From an uncultured Candidatus Poseidoniales archaeon (GTDB taxonomy: Archaea > Thermoplasmatota > Poseidoniia > Poseidoniales > Poseidoniaceae), in assembly GCA_905182715.1 (NCBI GenBank), contig CAJJCP010000015.1:11170-75169 (forward strand): 64,000 nucleotides of DNA, in the 5' to 3' direction. The position numbers were made by a program, and so were the translations under genes. Shown here one piece after another: positions 38,265-45,235 of this stretch (the stretch's first letter is position 1; each line of letters starts with the position of its first letter). The notes beneath the pieces are model-generated. The model was not told where the DNA came from, ran no database searches, and worked only from the letters and a program-made list of their open reading frames with translations.

Positions 38265-38800
38265 GTTTGTCGGGTACAGCCATAGCAGTTCGAATCGAAA
38301 ACCAATTGGTTCGTTTTATTCCTCCGTCTCCAATCGACCAACAAGCCGTTATTTCACAAGTCGGTGGTCAAGAGACCAGCGGAGTTGTCATCAAAGTACT
38401 CGATAGCCCTCGTGCAACACTTGTAATCGACAGAGAAGGTCGTATCACCGTCCATGGCACGCATCGCGTTGAAGCGGCTCGTGCTGCTGCAAAGGAATTG
38501 ATGCTCCGTCTTGGTTTGAACGATTCCGGTTTGGAAACCGAATTAGGCCCCGTAGTTGCTTCTTTTGATTTCGGTCAACCATTGAATGTTCAACAATTGG
38601 TCGGAAACTTCGGCGCAGGTACAGCATCTTTCGATGAACGACTTGGATGCAGTGTTCTTGAAGACACTCGGCACAATCTTACCATCCATGTGTGGCCAAA
38701 TGGCCGTTGTATCGTTCCTGATGCACGTCAACAAAATATTGTGGCTATGGCTGCAGTGTATTGGAGAAACAAATTGAAAGAACAGAATCTCTTCATTTAA
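38261..38800 (+). CDS. Highly divergent TBP-fold (TATA-box-binding-protein-like) two-repeat protein
   Basis: At 179 aa it has two tandem repeats that align by eye to archaeal TBP. Repeat 1 is VRIENQLVRF...ATLVIDREGRITVHGTHRVEAARAAAKEL. Repeat 2 is PVVASFDFGQPLNVQQL...LTIHVWPNGRCIVPDARQQNIVAMAAVYWRNKL. The canonical FPG(L/V)I motifs are missing. The ATG overlaps the upstream stop (ATGA). Confidence 0.4.
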   Translation: MSLSGTAIAVRIENQLVRFIPPSPIDQQAVISQVGGQETSGVVIKVLDSPRATLVIDREGRITVHGTHRVEAARAAAKELMLRLGLNDSGLETELGPVVASFDFGQPLNVQQLVGNFGAGTASFDERLGCSVLEDTRHNLTIHVWPNGRCIVPDARQQNIVAMAAVYWRNKLKEQNLFI

Positions 38801-38881
38801 ATCCCGAATGAGCACTCATATTGTAATTTCTCCCCATGCGTTGAAATTGCATGAACTCCAGCGTTTGAATGAGGGTCGTCT

Positions 38882-39769
38882 ATGCAAGAGAGTGTGAATT
38901 GGACTGGCCCGATACTGGACAATCATTTCCACTTGAACCGAAATGGTCGTTTTCTTGAAGCAGCTCGTGACTTCAAGCATGCAGGTGGCACCGACATTGT
39001 CTTGGTTCACTGCCCTGACTTTTCAGCCCCTCCTACAACGAAAAAAGGCCATACTGAAACGTATGCAGATACTGTGAAAATGGCGGAAGAGGTGCGCAAG
39101 GAAGTTGAACTTGGAGTACGTGTTGTTCTCGGGCCGCATCCTGCTGCATTCGCCCATCAATTTACAGCTTGGTTAGAGGAGTCCGGTGAACATGGGGCTG
39201 AACGTGCGGTGGAGAATTACCGAGAAAGTATTGATGCAGCCTTGGATTTTGTTCACGAAGGTAAAGCCCATGCCATTGGCGAAGTCGGTCGCCCACATTG
39301 GCCGGTTAGTGAGGACATTTGGGAATTGTCAAATACGCTCTTATTGGAAACAATGCATATGGCTCAACAAGAGGGTATTGCTCTTCAATTACATGTTGAA
39401 GGTGAACTTGAAACTACGTACCGTGACCTTGCGTCCATGGCTGAAAAAGCCGGGCTTGAGAAAAACCGATTAGTACGCCATTACGCTCCCGCTAATGTCT
39501 CCAAAGAAATTACACAAGGCCTTACTCCAAGTGTATTAATCGGTAAGGGGGCTCTTGAAGAATTGATGTCCACTGTCGAATCCTGCTCCCATGGTTTTCT
39601 CTTAGAAACCGATTACATGGATGACTTGCGACGGCCAGGCGCAGTCTTAGGTCCAAAAACCGTACCGAAGCGCACACACCAATTATTGGAAGCCGGTTTA
39701 GATGAAGAATATCTTTGGAAGGCTCACCAAGATATCGCTGAAGAACTGTACGGGCCTAGCGTGAATTGA
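38882..39769 (+). CDS. TatD-related metal-dependent hydrolase/DNase (archaeal type)
   Basis: ILDNHFHLNRNG is the H.H metal site. IGEVGRPHW, LQLHVEGE and LLETDY are also present. Confidence 0.65.
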   Translation: MQESVNWTGPILDNHFHLNRNGRFLEAARDFKHAGGTDIVLVHCPDFSAPPTTKKGHTETYADTVKMAEEVRKEVELGVRVVLGPHPAAFAHQFTAWLEESGEHGAERAVENYRESIDAALDFVHEGKAHAIGEVGRPHWPVSEDIWELSNTLLLETMHMAQQEGIALQLHVEGELETTYRDLASMAEKAGLEKNRLVRHYAPANVSKEITQGLTPSVLIGKGALEELMSTVESCSHGFLLETDYMDDLRRPGAVLGPKTVPKRTHQLLEAGLDEEYLWKAHQDIAEELYGPSVN

Positions 39770-39809
39770 TAGGAGTCGTGGCTTTTGACTGCATAATGCC
39801 ATCACCTTC

Positions 39810-40418
39810 ATGTGTGAAAGCATATACCGACCACCGGTGGCAACTATTCGAAAGGCATTGATTCTTGGACTTGTCCTCAGTCTCTTTTTGGCACCTTGCC
39901 TTGTGACACCCGCCGCAGCACAAGGCTCACCGCTTCCCGCTGTCGAGTTAGATTGCGGTTCAGATCCAATCATGGATGTCCATCCTACATCGGATGCTGA
40001 GGCCTCAGTGATCTGCACCGTTACCAACCCGACTTCAGCAAGCGAAGAGATCAGTATTTCAGAAGTTGAATGGGATGGGGTATTGGTGGAAATGTCCTTG
40101 AGCGAAGATAGTTTCACGCTTGGTGCTGGTGAAGAAGATACTTTCGAGATTCGTTTTATCGGTCAGACGAAAATCCCAGCAACAGTCCAACATTCCTTCG
40201 AGATTGAAGCCAAGGTAGAATCTTGGAATGGTCTTCCTTACGGACAATTGCCTGAAGATGGATTTTGGGTTGTCAATACCTCTCATATTGGCGACTTAAA
40301 GATACAAAGTTACGGTATGGTCGAGTTACTGCTCTCCGATGTTACAACACGTTACATGGACACCAATGATGAAGTTGAATTCAGTTTTCAGGTGACCAAC
40401 AAGGGGAACTGCCGATGA
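39810..40418 (+). CDS. Surface protein fragment (signal peptide + beta-sandwich, CARDB-like end)
   Basis: This is the longest intact ORF of the disrupted gene. It ends ..VEFSFQVTNKGNCR*. Confidence 0.6.
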   Translation: MCESIYRPPVATIRKALILGLVLSLFLAPCLVTPAAAQGSPLPAVELDCGSDPIMDVHPTSDAEASVICTVTNPTSASEEISISEVEWDGVLVEMSLSEDSFTLGAGEEDTFEIRFIGQTKIPATVQHSFEIEAKVESWNGLPYGQLPEDGFWVVNTSHIGDLKIQSYGMVELLLSDVTTRYMDTNDEVEFSFQVTNKGNCR

Positions 40419-40690
40419 CAAATTGGAAGTTGTATTTCGCGAATGCTGCTGAACTTGAAGCGATGGGTTTCTCGTTCCCAGGGGGGAAACTCGTCAGTGA
40501 AAATGTCGATTACCAAGGAACTTCTTCTGTCAAAACACTCACTATCCGGGCACCTTCTGATGTGAGTTCAGACCTCCGAATGCCGTTATAGATCCGTGCT
40601 CAGAGTACAATTGATGATTCTGCTCCTTTCAGCGAGATAAATATCCAAATCGACATCAAAGCCTCCAGTAAATCTGGTGGTATCGATGGG

Positions 40691-40879
40691 TTGGACGCCT
40701 TAAGTTCGGATGATACCTTACTGTATGCTTCAATTGCAGGAGGGGCGATACTGGTCATTCTTTTCCTTGTTGTATTGGTCCGAGTCGTTTCCAAGAAGAA
40801 ACCAAAGAAGCAATCCAAGCCTAAACTGCATCAACCGATTATTCTGCCCGATGAACCTGTTCGAACTCTCTGGGGATGA
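40691..40879 (+). CDS. Surface protein fragment (TM anchor + basic stop-transfer)
   Basis: LLYASIAGGAILVILFLVVLVRVVSKKKPKK. The same frame is open upstream back to the TAG at 40589-40591. Confidence 0.5.
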   Translation: MDALSSDDTLLYASIAGGAILVILFLVVLVRVVSKKKPKKQSKPKLHQPIILPDEPVRTLWG

Positions 40880-41076
40880 AGAATTTGATGATTTCTTTTC
40901 AGACCTCGACGAGGAAACAGTCGAACGTGGATGAATTTGACGATTTATTGGATGAATTCTAACGGCTTCGGCTCTCGAAAGAGGGTTGCTGAACAACGGT
41001 TTTCATCGACTCAACTTAGGCAACAGTCATAGGTTGGGTGTGACGGCCAACACTTGCCCATTGGGTAGGTGCATTT

Positions 41077-41871
41077 ATGCTCAAATTACAAGGAAAGACT
41101 GCCTTCGTCTTCGGCGTTGCTAGTGAAGACTCCATCGCATGGGCTATTTGCCAACAACTTGCAGCAGCAGGCGTCACTTTGTACCTCGGATATCAGAAGC
41201 GTTTCATGAGTCGAGTTTTCCAGTTGAAGGATAAATTGCCTCAAATTGGTGGATTCTATCCTCTCGATGTGGCTGAAGATGCTTCAACCAGTGAGTTCTT
41301 TGAAGCATTTGAAAAAGAACACCCAGGGGTGAAAGCAGATATTCTGGTCCACGCAATTGGCTTTGCCCCACGGGCTTGTTTCGACCGGCCTATTCTTTTC
41401 GTTGAAAACGAGGACATCAATACAGCGATGACCATCTCAGCCAATTCCCTACAACGTTGTTTGAAGTATGCCTTGCCTTACCTCAATCCTGGTTCATCGA
41501 CCATCACGCTCACCTATGCTGCCTCAAATCGATTTGTACCAAATTATGGAATCATGTCGATGGCGAAAGCAGCACTCGAATGTTGGACGCGGGAATTGGC
41601 CTGCCACCTTGGGCCAGAAGGGCACCGAGTGAATGCCATCTCTTCAGGCCCTATACGGACCATTGCTGCAGGAGGAGTGCCTGGATTTGATAATATTCTC
41701 GACCATGTCGAAGCCAACTCCCCCCTCCGACGAAACGTCAGCCAAGAGGATGTAGCAGGTGCAGCTCTTTGGCTTGCAAGTTCTCTTTCGAGTGGCGTAA
41801 CGGGTCAATGCATCTATGTCGACGGTGGTTATTCCATCACGATGGTACCGCAAAGTATCATGAATGAATGA
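41077..41871 (+). CDS. fabI: Enoyl-[acyl-carrier-protein] reductase, FabI type (SDR)
   Basis: GKTAFVFGVASEDSIAWAICQQLAAAGVTLYLGY matches the FabI N-terminus. NYGIMSMAKAALE carries the Y..M..AK catalytic motif, and RVNAISSGPIRT is present. TAGGTG lies 5 nt upstream. Confidence 0.85.
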   Translation: MLKLQGKTAFVFGVASEDSIAWAICQQLAAAGVTLYLGYQKRFMSRVFQLKDKLPQIGGFYPLDVAEDASTSEFFEAFEKEHPGVKADILVHAIGFAPRACFDRPILFVENEDINTAMTISANSLQRCLKYALPYLNPGSSTITLTYAASNRFVPNYGIMSMAKAALECWTRELACHLGPEGHRVNAISSGPIRTIAAGGVPGFDNILDHVEANSPLRRNVSQEDVAGAALWLASSLSSGVTGQCIYVDGGYSITMVPQSIMNE

Positions 41872-41880
41872 GGTGAACAA

Positions 41881-42084
41881 ATGGTCAAAGATGCGAAAGG
41901 AAACGAAGTCGGAGGGCTTGAACAAGGTCCGTTTGAACCCATTGCAGTCATTGGCGTATCTGCATTGATGCCCGATGCTCCCGACATTGATGCATTTTGG
42001 CAGAACATTATCGACGCTAAAGTAAGTATTCGAACGATACCTGAGCATCGTTGGATTGGACCGGCTGAGCACTTTTTTCCGTGA
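41881..42084 (+). CDS. Ketosynthase fragment 1 (N-terminus)
   Basis: GGTGA lies 4 nt upstream. EPIAVIGVSALMPDAPDIDAFWQNIIDAKVSIRTIPEHRW is a typical type-I KS N-terminus. Confidence 0.7.
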   Translation: MVKDAKGNEVGGLEQGPFEPIAVIGVSALMPDAPDIDAFWQNIIDAKVSIRTIPEHRWIGPAEHFFP

Positions 42085-42481
42085 AGGCGGACCAGGGGAT
42101 ATCGAAGAAGGATTCACCTATGCACGTATTGGTGCGGTTGTTGAAGGCTATGATTTCGATTGGCGTCGTTGGAGATTACCTCCGGGGACATTACCTCAAA
42201 TTGACCTTGCTCAACAATGGGCTGTTTCAGTTGCTGCCTCAGCCATTGAACACGCTGGATATGATGGAGAATCCAAAGACATCGACCGACTACGTACAGG
42301 TGTTGCTTTTGCAAATGCGCTTGGCGGGGAAAACCGTAATTTGTCGAATATTCGAATTTATTCAAATCATACCAAAGAATTAGCGAAATCTCAAGGTATG
42401 CCCGAAGAAAACAGTGCTGCTTTTATCGACTCCATCGTAGAGGGAGCCCCTCGTATCAATGAAGACACAATGCCCTGGTGA
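42056..42481 (+). CDS. Ketosynthase fragment 2
   Basis: DFDWRRWRLPPGTLPQIDLAQQWAVSVAASAIEHAGY. Entry into this frame is at the T6 run at 42074-42079. Confidence 0.7.
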   Translation: MDRLSTFFREGGPGDIEEGFTYARIGAVVEGYDFDWRRWRLPPGTLPQIDLAQQWAVSVAASAIEHAGYDGESKDIDRLRTGVAFANALGGENRNLSNIRIYSNHTKELAKSQGMPEENSAAFIDSIVEGAPRINEDTMPW

Positions 42482-43427
42482 ACTTGCCAATGTTGTAGCA
42501 GGCCGTGTCTCGAATCTTCTCGACCTTCAAGGTCCAAATTTCGCCATGGATGCTGCATGTGCTTCATCGTTAGCAACGTTGATGGAAGCATGCCGGTTGC
42601 TGCAAATGCGCCAAGTCGATGTCATGATTGCTGGAGCTACAGATCGGAGTATGGATGCTCCAACCTTTGCTAAGTTTAGCGCAATAGGCGCTCTTTCTGC
42701 CTCTCACTCCACTCCCTTCGATGCTGGGGCCAACGGTTTCGTGATGGGGGAAGGTGCTGGAGCATTTGTCCTCAAGCGTCTTTCTGATGCAATCCGAGAT
42801 GGTGACGAAGTCCATGCTGTTATTCGCGGCGTTGGAGGCTCATCCGACGGTCGTGGCAAAGGTATCACGGCACCGAGTCAACGAGGTCAGATTCAGGCGA
42901 TTGCCCGTGCCTATTCACAAGCAGAATACGATGCTACAACCGTCGAATTAATCGAGGCTCACGGAACATCAACCAAAGTCGGCGATGCAACTGAACTTGG
43001 GACTCTTTCTTTGCTTTGGGATGGGATGCCAGCAGGCGATAACGTCGCCGTTGGCTCAATCAAGTCACAAGTCGGCCATTTGAAGGCTGCAGCCGGTATT
43101 GCCGGTCTCATCAAAGCGGTAATGGCACTCCACCACCGGACAATACCTCCGTCTGCAGGTTTCAACACTCCAAATCCTACAGTTGATTGGGACAGTAATC
43201 CATTCTTCGTTCCGACACAGGCGCGAGAATGGCCCCGTCCTACCGCACATCCACGCCGAGCAGGAGTTTCTGCTTTCGGATTTGGAGGAACGAATTATCA
43301 CGTTGCACTCGAAGGATTCGAACCTGAATACCATTCTGAATTAGCCCAACAATGGGACTTGCGATGGGATGCTTATTCGAAAACGAATCCTCTTCCATCA
43401 CAAAATCAATGCTGCCTCAATTCTTGA
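42459..43427 (+). CDS. Ketosynthase fragment 3 (catalytic core)
   Basis: PGELANVVAGRVSNLLDLQGPNFAMDAACASSLATL carries the active-site Cys (codon 42558-42560). EAHGTSTKVGD, SIKSQVGHLKAAAG and VSAFGFGGTNYH are also present. Confidence 0.85.
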   Translation: MKTQCPGELANVVAGRVSNLLDLQGPNFAMDAACASSLATLMEACRLLQMRQVDVMIAGATDRSMDAPTFAKFSAIGALSASHSTPFDAGANGFVMGEGAGAFVLKRLSDAIRDGDEVHAVIRGVGGSSDGRGKGITAPSQRGQIQAIARAYSQAEYDATTVELIEAHGTSTKVGDATELGTLSLLWDGMPAGDNVAVGSIKSQVGHLKAAAGIAGLIKAVMALHHRTIPPSAGFNTPNPTVDWDSNPFFVPTQAREWPRPTAHPRRAGVSAFGFGGTNYHVALEGFEPEYHSELAQQWDLRWDAYSKTNPLPSQNQCCLNS

Positions 43428-43477
43428 TGCTTCAGCCACCCCTTCAATGTCACATGAGGAAATGAAAGCGGTCGAAG

Positions 43478-44179
43478 GTGGAATTCTTCTCCTCTCTGCA
43501 GCGCGACCTTTCTTCTCTTCAAACGAAATTAGAAGCGGTTGGATTTACTGGGGCTCATTTCGATGAAGACCCTCGCGGATTGCGGCTCTCTTCTGCTTTG
43601 AATGCAGCCTCTTCTCATTACGATGCGTCAGAGGCATTTCGCATGTGCATCGTTGCTACTTCTTGGAATGAATATCACAAGCGCATCGAACTCGCGAGTA
43701 AAGCGATGAACGATCCTGAGAAATGGGGCTTCTTACAGGCTCAAGGCATTCTTTTGACCAACGACCCAGCACTCCATCCGAAAGCCAAAGTTGCGCACAT
43801 GTATCCTGGTCAAGGAAGTCAATATGTTGGGATGACGCATGATTTGCATCAGCGTTACACTGCAGTTCAGAAAGTATGGGCTCAAGCCGATGAAACAATG
43901 GTCGAGGTTCTCGACGGAGAGAGTTTGTCGAGTTTCGTTCTGCGTTCGAATCTCTCAAAAGAGCAACGAGTAGAGGCGGAACATAAACTCAAGCAAACCG
44001 AATATACTCAACCAGCCATGCTTACTGCTGATTTGGCAATAGAACGCGCACTCAATGACCATGGGCAGATGCCTGATATGGTTGCTGGGCATTCACTTGG
44101 GGAATATGCCGCGCTTGATGTCTGCAGGAATCTTAGACATGGACGGCGCCCTACGTGCTTCCGCAGCGCGAGGTACTGA
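43478..44179 (+). CDS. Acyltransferase fragment 1
   Basis: AHMYPGQGSQYVGM and MVAGHSLGEYAAL carry the active-site Ser. Confidence 0.8.
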   Translation: MEFFSSLQRDLSSLQTKLEAVGFTGAHFDEDPRGLRLSSALNAASSHYDASEAFRMCIVATSWNEYHKRIELASKAMNDPEKWGFLQAQGILLTNDPALHPKAKVAHMYPGQGSQYVGMTHDLHQRYTAVQKVWAQADETMVEVLDGESLSSFVLRSNLSKEQRVEAEHKLKQTEYTQPAMLTADLAIERALNDHGQMPDMVAGHSLGEYAALDVCRNLRHGRRPTCFRSARY

Positions 44180-44810
44180 AATGGGTTCAGTTGTCATTGA
44201 TGACAAGGGCTTGATGGCCAGTGTGATGGCGCCATACGATGACGTTGCATCTATCCTCGAATCAATAGATGGCTATGTTATTGCTGCCAACAAAAATTCA
44301 CCAAAAATGACCGTTATTGCAGGCGAAACTGAACCTGTTCAACAAGCGATGGTTTTGTTTGAAGAGAAGGGTTTCCAATGCGTACCTTTGGCAACATCAC
44401 ATGCTTTCCACTCCCGTATTGTTGCACCAGCCAATGAACCACTGCGCCGATTCCTCGAAAGTCTTGAGATCCGTTGGCCTTCAATTCCAATCACTGCCAA
44501 CGTTGATGGTTCATTCTATCCGATGGAAGGGGAAGATTCCAAAGCAGGAATCTTAGGGAAACTGGCACCTCAAATGGCTTCGGCAGTCGAATGGACGACA
44601 CAGATTGAAACCATGTATGCAGCAGGAGCACGTGCCTTCATTGAAGTCGGTCCAAAGCGAGCATTAACCATGTTTGCAGTTCAAATTCTAGAAGACCAAC
44701 CACATTTGCCAATTATGTCGAATCATCCAAAACAAGGTGGAATTGCAACATTCCTGAGCTGCACTTGGAACTTTGGCATTAGCAGGCCGTCAACCTCAAT
44801 GGCCAGCTGA
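44055..44810 (+). CDS. Acyltransferase fragment 2
   Basis: MSAGILDMDGALRASAARGTEM continues directly from GHSLGEYAAL. ATSHAFHSRIV is the HAFH motif associated with malonyl specificity. Confidence 0.8.
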   Translation: MTMGRCLIWLLGIHLGNMPRLMSAGILDMDGALRASAARGTEMGSVVIDDKGLMASVMAPYDDVASILESIDGYVIAANKNSPKMTVIAGETEPVQQAMVLFEEKGFQCVPLATSHAFHSRIVAPANEPLRRFLESLEIRWPSIPITANVDGSFYPMEGEDSKAGILGKLAPQMASAVEWTTQIETMYAAGARAFIEVGPKRALTMFAVQILEDQPHLPIMSNHPKQGGIATFLSCTWNFGISRPSTSMAS

Positions 44811-45204
44811 TGATTCATCAGTTCTAACTGAAGCCTTCCGTGCAGGCCCAATGGAGGCATACTACGCCACCTCGACACCTGTACATTCAACTGCTGAAAT
44901 GGATGACTTGAGGACACGTTCACGCCCCTTGCCTTCTACGGCAAGTCCAGTGCCAATTGTACAACAAGTCGTTGTTCAATCTGCAACGACTCAACCACTC
45001 GACCCTGAAGTGGCTGCTGCCAAAGCCAAGACTGCTTACATCGGCGACCGTCTTGCCGCAATAAGTGGTTATCCTGCCGGATTCTGTCATGGGATGGTCA
45101 ATCTCCGTCTTGGACTCGGCATGAGTGATGCAGAAGTTTCGTCTGTGATTCAAACGCTTTCAAGTGAAACACAAACCGATGCGCGATTGATATTTCAACA
45201 GTAG
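44773..45204 (+). CDS. Post-AT linker plus degenerate carrier-like domain
   Basis: LAAISGYPAGFCHGMVNLRLGLGMSDAEVSSVIQTL aligns to the downstream ACP repeats ([33 protein letters not shown]). It has no Ser or Thr at the attachment position. It ends at TAG 45202-45204. Confidence 0.55.
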   Translation: MALAGRQPQWPADDSSVLTEAFRAGPMEAYYATSTPVHSTAEMDDLRTRSRPLPSTASPVPIVQQVVVQSATTQPLDPEVAAAKAKTAYIGDRLAAISGYPAGFCHGMVNLRLGLGMSDAEVSSVIQTLSSETQTDARLIFQQ

Positions 45205-45235
45205 TTACGGCGAGCTGATTTGACGAAATGGGTCG

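Larger units (their letters stand above)
39810..40962 (+). pseudogene. Small secreted, TM-anchored surface protein gene disrupted by several frameshifts and an in-frame TAG
   Basis: The signal peptide is ALILGLVLSLFLAPCLVTPAAAQG. Coding sense continues by frame hops at about 40405-40420, about 40868-40876 and about 40928-40934, and through TAG 40589-40591. A TM segment (ASIAGGAILVILFLVVLV) is followed by an acidic tail (DEEFDDFFSDLDEE, DEFDDLLDEF). Confidence 0.6.
41881..45204 (+). pseudogene. KS-AT(-degenerate ACP-like) megasynthase gene split into six ORFs by frameshifts
   Basis: Protein sense runs continuously if the frame advances by +1 at about 42074-42079, 42472-42474, 43400-43425, 43498-43508, 44114-44120 and 44754-44763. 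All catalytic motifs are intact. Confidence 0.75.

Noticed and set aside
40589-45204. In-frame TAG codons (40589-40591, 45202-45204) as evidence of pyrrolysine or stop-codon reassignment
   Set aside because: No pyl genes or suppressor tRNA are visible. TAG appears to terminate the gene at 29709, with a second in-frame TAG four codons later. Both internal TAGs also lie in the stretch riddled with frameshifts. Nonsense mutation or sequence error is more parsimonious.
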